Positions 1-7,830 of a stretch of 58,679 bases of DNA are shown here, one piece after another. Numbering within the stretch: position 1 is the stretch's first letter; every line of letters starts with the position of its first letter. The stretch lies in the sequence record NC_009704.1; one strand, written 5' to 3'. Under the pieces are notes generated by a model that saw only the letters and a list, made by a program, of their open reading frames with translations, made no database searches and was not told where the DNA came from. A program made the translations under genes and the position numbers. This stretch comes from a plasmid.

Positions 1-103
1 TACAGTAATTAAAGCAATGATTTTGTTTAATGGTCGAAGACAAAAGATAGTTACAGCGACGAAATACTGAGTTCATAAATAATTTGCTGGCTTTTATTTA
101 TTG

Positions 104-243
104 CCTGGAGCGTAGCGAAAGGAGGTACCAATATCTTTTAGAGCTATTGCTGATGGCTGTTATTAAGTTTGATTACAGCTACGTGATGTTTATGCCCGTA
201 GCAAAGCGGAGGGAGGTACTTTAGAGCTGAGGTACGAAAGCTC
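104..243. repeat. Two direct copies of a ~25-bp unit (GTAGCGAAAGGAGGTAC and GTAGCAAAGCGGAGGGAGGTAC, each followed by TTTAGAGCT) downstream of repA. Candidate origin or iteron-like repeats.
   Basis: Seen by eye at 104-127 and 198-230. Further short direct repeats AAGGACATrTT and GTTCGAArTTAA lie at 264-345. Position downstream of a RepFIIA-like rep gene is where oriR sits in IncFII replicons. Confidence 0.35.
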
Positions 244-518
244 TGTGCTTTCTACCTCCTGTTAAGGACATGTTTAGTTATGGATTAACGTTCGAAATTA
301 ACTATATATGAAGGACATAGTTCGAAGTTAATTGATTAAAAGTCGCCCATTAGCGAATTTTTGGCCAAATGTCTGCATTTTTAGAGGCAACCAACCTCTT
401 TCTTGCCTCATTATGATTTGTTAGATCGCCTAAATTGGCTGAATTTGCTTATACGAGCCAGCAGAAGCACCGCGAAATATCGCGGTCACTATGTATAGGA
501 AGGGGAGGTTTGTGGCTC

Positions 519-1556
519 TCAGATGGCTCCAGCTCGTTCTAACAGGAGTTTATAGTATGCCTCTCCTCTGAGATCTGGATATTCCTTTTCTATTGCCCAT
601 TTCATTCTATAAATGTCAGATCTAGGCATAGACTCAGCCCACCTCTGGTATGCAGTTTCATACGGTGTTAAAGATGCTTTCTTTATTTTTTTAGGCGCTT
701 TAGCCAGTTTATCAAGGTATTGGCCAATATCGACAACAGCCGCTTTTTTCTCATCTTGTAAATCAGCACTAACAACCTGACGTTTAATTTTACGTAATAG
801 ATTTTTTAGTGAGTGCCGTCTTTCAATATCGATACCCAATCTAGCCATACGCAATAAATGTCTTTGATACTTCTTCTTGAGGCTTTCACTCAAGCCATTT
901 TTTATGGCCCATTGCCGGTATTTATTTAATAACTCCCGAACCTCATCCATCTGGAAACCCCGAGACAAGAAGAACTGTGGGGTTAACCACATTCTGATCG
1001 GCTTGTATTGGCCAACATCAGGATCAATTTCACGGTGAACAACACAATAATTCAATTGTTCAATGACCGATAAAGCATTGAGTAAAATATCGTAAGCCTT
1101 ACGGCCATCCTCATAAACATGTAACACCCCCATGCTCCGAGCCAAATCCTCAATAGAGCACATCACTTCAAAAGGGTACTCAGCCGTAGGGTCATAGTTA
1201 CAGTTTGCAGCCAATGCAAGTGATAGAGCTGTTAATGCTTCTCTGCATTCGCTTCTTGGCGTTATGCGCATAGGCTTAGGAACGAAATTAGGGTCAGTTC
1301 GTTTCTTAAATGGGGTATAGCCCGATTTTCGGAGTTCGCATAATGCCTGATTGCGCTTCCAATCATGATTACGCATACGTGCGACTACTTGACCAGCAGC
1401 TCCCCGAGGCACTGAGTCATTAAATGCGGGTATATAGCGTCGATGAATCTTAGATACCCCTTTACGAAGAGCATTAGCTTCTCCGCGCCGAGTTTTCTCT
1501 TGTGTATGAATAAATTGTGCATCGTTAAAGATGCTTGGTGAATTCTGTCTATGCAC
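519..1556 (-). CDS. repA: Replication initiator, RepFIIA (IncFII RepA1) family
   Basis: The central and C-terminal regions align by eye with IncFII RepA1 (ALLQGLCFHYDP...ITTLAIECGL...YDPLIGCYIPTDITF pattern). An alternative start at 1376 gives a 285-aa product, the same length as RepA1. Confidence 0.65.
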   Translation of the reverse strand: MHRQNSPSIFNDAQFIHTQEKTRRGEANALRKGVSKIHRRYIPAFNDSVPRGAAGQVVARMRNHDWKRNQALCELRKSGYTPFKKRTDPNFVPKPMRITPRSECREALTALSLALAANCNYDPTAEYPFEVMCSIEDLARSMGVLHVYEDGRKAYDILLNALSVIEQLNYCVVHREIDPDVGQYKPIRMWLTPQFFLSRGFQMDEVRELLNKYRQWAIKNGLSESLKKKYQRHLLRMARLGIDIERRHSLKNLLRKIKRQVVSADLQDEKKAAVVDIGQYLDKLAKAPKKIKKASLTPYETAYQRWAESMPRSDIYRMKWAIEKEYPDLRGEAYYKLLLERAGAI

Positions 1557-1835
1557 CTAATCCTGTGCTTATGGCAGAATGGGGTTGTTTTAGAGCAAAC
1601 ATGCGTTATAATCCTTCATAGGTTTATACCTAACCCCTCGATGTCTAGTCACCTTCCGCCAAGTTGATAGCTAGAAATCGGGGGGTTTGCCTTTTCTGGA
1701 GACTGATGATACTCATTTTGTCTCCAACTTACTATCGCTATATCCGTTGTGATCGTATCCGTTGATTAATTTTTAGCCGTGAAATTCTTTTAAAAACAAC
1801 GTTTGATTCATTTTCATACAATCACTGTAGTGCTT

Positions 1836-2138
1836 TTAAAACTCTGGCAGATACCCCGCTTCAAACTGATGTTTTACAGCTAAGATAGTGGTTAGTTGGC
1901 CATCATATCGGTATAACACTACATATCCACTTACACCGAACGGCACTAACAACTCTCTGCAATACACATTTATAAACTCAGCGGGTCGTCCAATTTCAGG
2001 AAATGCCTCAATTTTAGTAGTTTCATCTAAAATTACTTTTGCTGCTTTTCTTGCAGCTTCTACATTCTTCTCTGCTAAAAATTTATAGAGGCGATCTACA
2101 TCTTGTATCGCCTCCTGAGTCCAAATCAGACGTGGCAC
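1836..2138 (-). CDS. ParE/RelE-superfamily toxin
   Basis: 100 aa. N-terminus MPRLIWTQEAIQDVDRLYKFL is typical of ParE toxins. Overlaps the upstream small ribbon-helix-helix (RHH) gene by 13 nt. Confidence 0.65.
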   Translation of the reverse strand: MPRLIWTQEAIQDVDRLYKFLAEKNVEAARKAAKVILDETTKIEAFPEIGRPAEFINVYCRELLVPFGVSGYVVLYRYDGQLTTILAVKHQFEAGYLPEF

Positions 2139-2416
2139 TTAGGAGGTTCCTTATAATGCCCCTCCGACAAACTGGTGAGCCATTCATTGGCCTCTTCAGA
2201 TGAAACATGCAAGCCAGTTTCTTGGAAGGATAGCCAAGCTTTATGAGCGGCCTCTTTTAACTCTTCTCTTTTCTCTTCATGTTCAACATACTTCTTGATA
2301 GCATCTGTAACTAGCCAGTGCATAGTACGTTCACGGCTTTCACCCAAACGTTCCATACGAGCCTTAATAGTTGGCTCAATCTTGACTGATACAGGTGTAT
2401 TGGAAGAGGTCTTCAT
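2126..2416 (-). CDS. RHH (CopG/ParD-like) antitoxin
   Basis: 96 aa. N-terminal beta-strand plus helix-helix (VSVKIEPTIKARMERL). Translationally coupled to the ParE-like gene. Confidence 0.55.
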   Translation of the reverse strand: MKTSSNTPVSVKIEPTIKARMERLGESRERTMHWLVTDAIKKYVEHEEKREELKEAAHKAWLSFQETGLHVSSEEANEWLTSLSEGHYKEPPKCHV

Positions 2417-2708
2417 AGTATGTCCTCCTTATCGCTCGATGGACTCTTGTACTATAGACTACTTAAAACTATTTTCAACTACCATCAGATCGCAAACTGA
2501 TCGAATGGATCGAGTTAAGGATCTGGGTCTGCTATCAATTCCTTGCATTTCTTACTCGTACCTGCCTCCGAATTGACAGCATAATAGCGCTTTTTCATTC
2601 GGAACTCTCGCTAAAAACCATCAAAATAATGATCCCATAAAATTACAAAAAACAGATCAAGATCTACATTTTGATCTATTGCGTCCACATTTGCTCTTGG
2701 ATTTACGG

Positions 2709-2931
2709 AGTTTACGCCAAAGGAAAAGCTTTAAGGGGTTGCGCCGGAACCGCCTTAAGAGGAAATGCTGGCATTTCTGCGACCTACTGTGAACATCGAG
2801 ACACAGTAATGCTGGCAGTTGGAGCCTCTTCATCTGATTACCTGGTGTTAAATTGCTTGCAAACGTTACCACATGCAATTGCTATCATAATTGCGGCCGG
2901 CGCCGCAGTTGGCCAACACCGATTGCCAGCA
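2709..2931 (+). repeat. Copy A of a ~220-240-bp repeat (direct with copy C, inverted with copy B)
   Basis: Aligns with 39377-39574 apart from a 27-bp insertion. Contains GTAATGCTGGCA-type submotifs. ORFs predicted inside it (2657-3073) are taken to be spurious. Confidence 0.7.
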
Positions 2932-3121
2932 GAACATGACTCAGGTTAGTCTCCGGACGAAACGAAATACTGTCAGAAAGTGGGATTTAGGCTGCAATAG
3001 GTATCATGATGGGGTTGTACACCGGAACCGCCGAAATTTCCGGCGTCATTGGCTTCGGATCATGTTTTACTAATCAAAGTATCCTCTCCTATAGCCCCGC
3101 CGTAGCGGGACGATTTGGTAT

Positions 3122-3289
3122 CTAAAGACCAAGCTTTTTCTTTGTATATTCTATATCTATATAATGAGTCCAATTTGCCTTGTAAAATTCAATCGCGGCT
3201 TCTTCCAATGTGATCAAACCAGCTTCGAATTCTATTTTTACTGATTCATGAAAGCCAGGTATATCAAACGCTTTTTTTCTACGACTCAT
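3122..3289 (-). CDS. Small hypothetical protein (55 aa) downstream of the Cro-like gene
   Basis: ORF found manually (MSRRKKAFDIPGFHESVKIEF...). It is below the 60-aa cutoff of the ORF track. Coding status uncertain. Confidence 0.25.
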   Translation of the reverse strand: MSRRKKAFDIPGFHESVKIEFEAGLITLEEAAIEFYKANWTHYIDIEYTKKKLGL

Positions 3290-3313
3290 ATAATTATCTC
3301 GTTGTTTGTTTAA

Positions 3314-3351
3314 CTTGAGATAATTATAACACTTGTGTTATATAACTCAAG
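3314..3351. promoter_or_regulatory. 38-bp imperfect palindrome containing GTGTTATATA half-sites. A related palindrome lies at 3586-3603.
   Basis: CTTGAGATAATTATAACAC/TTGTGTTATATAACTCAAG. A second site, TATATAACtgttgtGTTATATA, sits in the promoter region of the Cro-like gene. Candidate operators. Confidence 0.35.
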
Positions 3352-3353
3352 TG

Positions 3354-3548
3354 TTATATATGACTTTTAAAGATTTTCGTTTTGCTCGTCAGCATGATCC
3401 AATCGCCATTATCTAATCTCGCAACCTCATAGCCCTTTGAAACTAGATTATTAAACTGTTGAATCGTCTTAATTCCCGCTGCTTTCGCTGCTTTTTCTCG
3501 ATTACCTTCATAGTAATCATTCACCATTTGGACAATAGAAATACGCAT
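3354..3548 (-). CDS. Cro/YdaS-like small DNA-binding protein
   Basis: Inner start at 3548, preceded by AAGAGG. The 64-aa product resembles lambda Cro (…GNREKAAKAAGIKTIQQFNNLVSKG…DGDWIMLT). The ORF track extends to 3650, but that N-terminal extension is unlikely to be real. Confidence 0.45.
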   Translation of the reverse strand: MRISIVQMVNDYYEGNREKAAKAAGIKTIQQFNNLVSKGYEVARLDNGDWIMLTSKTKIFKSHI

Positions 3549-3927
3549 AATTACCTCTTGTAAATAACATTTAGAGTATATAACTGTTGTGTTATATATC
3601 AAGTCATAAAACCACTCCAATGGGAGCGATAGGTATAATGATTTATGCATAGCACCTTTCTCTGGCGTAAAACGTTTTGAACCTGGATTTTGCTCGCCAC
3701 TCTCACTCTAAAAACTGTGTTTGTTATCCCTGACTTTTCTCTAAGTTAGGGTAGTTATTGGTAGAAATAAGGTAGAGGACATTTAGCTGCTCTGGAAAGC
3801 AGGCTACATGCGGGTTACAAAATACAGAGCGCGACGCAATTACGAACTTTTTAGCCTTATTTCAATCGATTTTTCAATAAAAAAGCTCACAGGAGTGAGC
3901 TAATTCATAACTTATTGAACCAGACAG

Positions 3928-4839
3928 TTATAACGATTTTCCATGACTTTTTTTAGGGGATAGTAATTTATGCTTACCGTCAGCGCCAAAAGCATAAGAA
4001 ATAACCGAAGACTTTTTAACTTCATAAGTTCTCGGGGCGCAGAGAGCTTTATCATGGAGTAAATATTGTTTGGGGTTTGTATTAAGTCGCTGCATTACAT
4101 GAAAGTCTGTTATACCAACAATAAGGCCGCTATAACATTTATTGTTTCCAATATTCGCGTCTAATATCTCTGCATCGGGATCTAGCACTTTTAATTCAGT
4201 TATCAAACGTTCCCGAGAAGAACATCGCTCATTGCATATGCTAATTAAACATTCTTTTACCCAATCAGATATAGGTTCTGAGTATTCAATTATCGAATCT
4301 TTCTTAGCTGCAATCAGCTGAGGGAGTATGCCATTCTCGCTGTTATCATAAACCTCTGCGGTGTCAGCCTTTTCAATTGCGCTGGGCAATAGCTGCATGG
4401 CTCGCGCATAACGTTCAAAAATCTTTTCTTCCGGAACTGCATGGCCACCGAGCTGCACCCTGTTTTCAACGCGAACAAAATTGATCATTGGATCGTTGGT
4501 TGTAACGAAAATTAAATCAACGCTGAAACCGAGTGATCTCGCTTCATCAAAAAGAGCAATCTTTCCTGGCGTAGACATGACGGTTTCAAATGCAAAAGCT
4601 TCACCATTTTTTAAAGCAGTTTTTCGCCGTTCTTCTGCCAATTTTGCAGCAGCCATGTTACGACTGTTAGCATCGGGGATATGGCCTAACTCATTTTTAG
4701 AAATATCATCAGCGTTGATATAAAGAGGCGGGAATTTTTGGGAAAGCCTTAATCCATCAGTTACAGTGCTTTTCCCTGAACCATTCGGTCCAGCCAAGAC
4801 TACCATCCGTAGCCCTGGTAAATTAGAATCTTCACTCAT
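3928..4839 (-). CDS. Zeta-toxin/AAA-kinase family protein (putative toxin) with a ~100-aa C-terminal extension
   Basis: Walker A LAGPNGSGKST near the N-terminus. Overall pattern resembles a zeta/PezT-like kinase fold. Overlaps the upstream small gene by 4 nt. Confidence 0.5.
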   Translation of the reverse strand: MSEDSNLPGLRMVVLAGPNGSGKSTVTDGLRLSQKFPPLYINADDISKNELGHIPDANSRNMAAAKLAEERRKTALKNGEAFAFETVMSTPGKIALFDEARSLGFSVDLIFVTTNDPMINFVRVENRVQLGGHAVPEEKIFERYARAMQLLPSAIEKADTAEVYDNSENGILPQLIAAKKDSIIEYSEPISDWVKECLISICNERCSSRERLITELKVLDPDAEILDANIGNNKCYSGLIVGITDFHVMQRLNTNPKQYLLHDKALCAPRTYEVKKSSVISYAFGADGKHKLLSPKKSHGKSL

Positions 4840-5057
4840 GCAGTATGTACGCGCCTCTTTTTCGCTTCAACAACACGACCAGGCATTACAATTTTCTCAA
4901 GCTTCCCATTAGGAAATTTGCGATACCAAACGCCATCCACTTTGACGGGTTCAGGTAATCCTCTCTCTCGATTTTCAGCAGCAGCTTTAACCACTGCGCC
5001 AGCCATCAGTGTATTTGCGTGTTCTCTTCCTATAAGTTCAATTATTGATTTCTTCAT
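4836..5057 (-). CDS. Small putative antitoxin partner of the zeta-like protein
   Basis: 73 aa. Translationally coupled (ATGA overlap). An inverted-repeat operator lies just upstream. Confidence 0.4.
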   Translation of the reverse strand: MKKSIIELIGREHANTLMAGAVVKAAAENRERGLPEPVKVDGVWYRKFPNGKLEKIVMPGRVVEAKKRRVHTA

Positions 5058-5075
5058 AATTCAACCTCTTCAAGT

Positions 5076-5102
5076 AAGGACTATGCTTATAGTTTAGTCC
5101 TT
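5076..5102. promoter_or_regulatory. Inverted repeat AAGGACTA-N11-TAGTCCTT in the promoter of the zeta-like toxin-antitoxin operon
   Basis: Perfect 8-bp arms, 19-45 nt upstream of the 5057 start codon. Confidence 0.4.
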
Positions 5103-5555
5103 TCTATATCATTTGTCCGGTGCAATCTTACCCAACTCAAGCTGTCTAATCGTTTATTTGTTAATCGATATAAGGTTAAGTTAAATCTTAAAACCGACTA
5201 GAATCAGAATAAGTCTAAGGTCATGATAATCAGTGCATTATATGATTGCCATTCACTTTACTGACCGATAGGAGTTTGAAAACCAAGGTACTGACGTTAG
5301 ATAGCTGCTCGACAATACCGATTTGTTGATTTTTTGGGGAAATTTGTAAGTTTTCCCCAAGATTTTATGCGGATGTATTGTATTTTATCTCGTAGCTGCC
5401 AATGATCGCTAATTCAATTTTTGTTTACGGCGATATTAAAAACTGCGGGATAAATGCCAATGGTAAGGTCTTGGCTTCGGTGTCGCGAGTAGAAACTCTT
5501 AAAACTGGAATTTTTTAGCCTTCATAAACAATGCCACTTGCTTACTGAAGAATGA

Positions 5556-5567
5556 GTTTAGCTAAAC
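5556..5567. promoter_or_regulatory. KorA operator (OA) GTTTAGCTAAAC
   Basis: Exact match to the RK2 KorA operator consensus. Lies 21 bp from a KorB operator and about 70 bp upstream of trbA. Confidence 0.75.
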
Positions 5568-5587
5568 AATTTCCATAAATCAATAAC

Positions 5588-5601
5588 TTTAGCGGCTAAA
5601 A
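5588..5601. promoter_or_regulatory. KorB operator (OB) TTTAGCGGCTAAA
   Basis: Exact 13-bp RK2 OB consensus TTTAGC(G/C)GCTAAA, 33 nt upstream of trbA. Confidence 0.8.
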
Positions 5602-5633
5602 TTCATGCCGAAACCATAAGGCAACGGTAAACT

Positions 5634-6002
5634 GTGTACAATCTTATCTTATTTACTAACATTCTTCGCATCTTAGAAGAACGAGGAATGACAAAAAGTG
5701 AATTACATGAAGTTTCAGGTGTATCTATTTCATTTTTGTCTGATCTCACCAATGGTAAGGCGAATCCATCGTTAAAGGTCATGGAGGCTATTGCTGATGC
5801 CTTAGATACTCCATTACCTATCCTTTTGGAGTCAACCGATCTTGATCAAGACTCTCTGGATGCGTTAGCCGGTGGAAAAATGCCGAGGAGTCTTCCTGAA
5901 GGGTATGAACGGGTATCGGCTATTGTTACTGATCATCAGGCTTATATCATAAGAAAATGGCATGAGGCCGCACAAAAGAAAATCGATACCAGAACCAGCT
6001 AA
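5634..6002 (+). CDS. trbA: TrbA-like repressor (N-terminal XRE HTH, C-terminal KorA-like dimerisation tail)
   Basis: The HTH segment is MTKSELHEVSGVSISFLSDLTNGKANPS. The C-terminal LPEGYERVSAIVTDHQAYIIRKWHEAAQKK is nearly identical to the KorA C-terminus in this window (LPEGYERVTAILPEPKAFIVKKWAEETAKK). Sits directly upstream of trbB, as in RP4. Confidence 0.7.
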   Translation: MYNLILFTNILRILEERGMTKSELHEVSGVSISFLSDLTNGKANPSLKVMEAIADALDTPLPILLESTDLDQDSLDALAGGKMPRSLPEGYERVSAIVTDHQAYIIRKWHEAAQKKIDTRTS

Positions 6003-6019
6003 ACGATAGCAAATTCAAT

Positions 6020-7120
6020 ATGTACCAGCTAAAGCCTCCAATAGGGAGGCTTTTTTATTATCATAAAACAAACAAAATATCCGTTGTTCTTGCGCCAGCA
6101 AAATTTTCGTTATATCGTATATGGCACCTAATTATGCTATCAAACGAGAATTCCGGCATCATGCAACCTAACGTTGAAGAAACATCAATAGGCTCCAGAG
6201 CAAAAGAAAAGCTGCGTAGAGACTTAGGGCCACTCATCATTGATGCTCTCGAAGATAAGATGACCGCCGAAATTATGCTCAATCCTGATGGCAAATTATG
6301 GATTGAAACATTTGGTAAGCCCATGCGCCACATCGGGGATCTTTCTTTCGTAAGAGCTGAAGCCATTATAAAAACTATCGCTGGTTATCACGGTAAAGAG
6401 ATAACCACTCTAAAACCAACGCTTGAGGGTGAACTGCCTATTGACGGTTCACGTTTTGCAGGACAACTCCCACCAGTAGTTAGCGGCCCAACTTTTGCTA
6501 TACGCAGAAAAGCAGTATCAATCTTCACTCTTACTCAATATGTAGAAAGCAACGTAATGACAGCGCATCAAAGCGAAGTCATTAGAAATGCGATCAGAGA
6601 CCATCGAAATATTTTGGTTATTGGTGGCACCGGCTCCGGTAAAACCACACTTGTAAACGCCATTATCAATGAAATGGTCGTATTCGATCCCAGCGAACGA
6701 GTTTTCATCATTGAAGACACCGGAGAAATCCAGTGTGCCGCTGAAAATTGTGTTCAATATCACTCAACCCTAGAAGTCACGATGACGATGTTACTAAAAA
6801 CCACATTACGTATGCGGCCAGACCGCATTCTGGTAGGTGAGGTTCGCGGTGCAGAAGCATTAGATCTTCTCGATGCTTGGAATACTGGCCATGAAGGAGG
6901 AGCAGCAACCCTACATGCAAACAATGCGTTAAGTGGTTTAACCCGATTGAAATCTCTTATCTCTCGTAATTCGTCAGCACCAGCGGAAATAGAACCCCTT
7001 ATTGCAGAGGCGGTTCACATAATAATTCATATAAGTCGTACTCCAGAAGGTCGCCGCATACAGGAAGTTGTTGAAGTTTCAGGTTATGTGGACGGCAAAT
7101 ATATTACTCGCAATCTTTGA
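6020..7120 (+). CDS. trbB: VirB11/TrbB-family T4SS ATPase
   Basis: Walker A LVIGGTGSGKTTL plus GspE/VirB11 motifs. The true start is probably internal (ATG at 6134 or 6161). Confidence 0.85.
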   Translation: MYQLKPPIGRLFYYHKTNKISVVLAPAKFSLYRIWHLIMLSNENSGIMQPNVEETSIGSRAKEKLRRDLGPLIIDALEDKMTAEIMLNPDGKLWIETFGKPMRHIGDLSFVRAEAIIKTIAGYHGKEITTLKPTLEGELPIDGSRFAGQLPPVVSGPTFAIRRKAVSIFTLTQYVESNVMTAHQSEVIRNAIRDHRNILVIGGTGSGKTTLVNAIINEMVVFDPSERVFIIEDTGEIQCAAENCVQYHSTLEVTMTMLLKTTLRMRPDRILVGEVRGAEALDLLDAWNTGHEGGAATLHANNALSGLTRLKSLISRNSSAPAEIEPLIAEAVHIIIHISRTPEGRRIQEVVEVSGYVDGKYITRNL

Positions 7121-7132
7121 GGAGAAGTACAA

Positions 7133-7513
7133 ATGCAGATGACCATGCCGAGTATCAACATTAGTAACAAAACAATGCTTTTGTTAGGCATTGCTTTGCT
7201 GCTGATGTTATCTACACATCCGGCATTAGCATCGAATACGAGTGGAGGAGGGCTACCATTTGATGAATGGTTCACCAAAATTCGTCAGTCTGTAACCGGC
7301 CCGTTCGCATTTACAGCTGCAATAGTTGGATTAGTAGCAACCGGTGCCACCCTCATTTTTGGAGGGGATATGAATGGCTTTATGAAAACTTTGATTTTTA
7401 TTGTTCTTGTAATGTCCTTCTTAGTAGCCGCTCAAAATACACTGGCGGCAATCACAGGCCAAGGTGCCCAAATCGCTATGACATTTAAATTCATGGAAGC
7501 GGGGTCTATATAA
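7133..7513 (+). CDS. trbC: TrbC/VirB2 pilin precursor
   Basis: Signal peptide, then an SSGGGLPF...SVTGPFAFTAAIVGLVATGA core typical of RP4 TrbC. Confidence 0.75.
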   Translation: MQMTMPSINISNKTMLLLGIALLLMLSTHPALASNTSGGGLPFDEWFTKIRQSVTGPFAFTAAIVGLVATGATLIFGGDMNGFMKTLIFIVLVMSFLVAAQNTLAAITGQGAQIAMTFKFMEAGSI

Positions 7514-7515
7514 CA

Positions 7516-7830
7516 ATGGCCTTACGCACGATCCCCATTCGTAAATCCGGTAATCGACATAACCTCTTCATGGATGGGGATCGTGAAATGGTTATGTTTT
7601 CTGGTTTGTTGGCCGCCATATTGATATTTGCTGCTCAAGATTGGCGAGCTTTCTTTGCTGGTGTGGTTCTCTGGTTTAGTGCTCTTTGGCTATTAAGACT
7701 AATGGCAAAATCAGACCCCAAAATGCGACAAATTTATATGCGCCAGCGCCTCTATAAAAAATATTATCCTGCAAGATCAACTCCGTTTCGAATCAATACA
7801 GAAGCGCAAGGAAAGCAATACAATGATTGA
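7516..7830 (+). CDS. trbD: TrbD/VirB3
   Basis: 104-aa membrane protein lying between the pilin gene and the virB4 homologue. Confidence 0.7.
   Translation: MALRTIPIRKSGNRHNLFMDGDREMVMFSGLLAAILIFAAQDWRAFFAGVVLWFSALWLLRLMAKSDPKMRQIYMRQRLYKKYYPARSTPFRINTEAQGKQYND

Noticed and set aside
2657-3073. Three ORFs of 60-92 aa (2657-2878 minus, 2671-2949 plus, 2891-3073 plus) were considered as genes.
   Set aside because: They lie entirely within copy A of the 240-bp repeat, which recurs as non-coding DNA at 31150 and 39377. They were treated as spurious.
5337-5359. The hairpin GGGGAAA-N9-TTTCCCC was considered as a terminator.
   Set aside because: The T-run precedes rather than follows the stem on the plus strand, and an A-run follows on the minus strand. 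It could be a protein site, but there is no supporting evidence.
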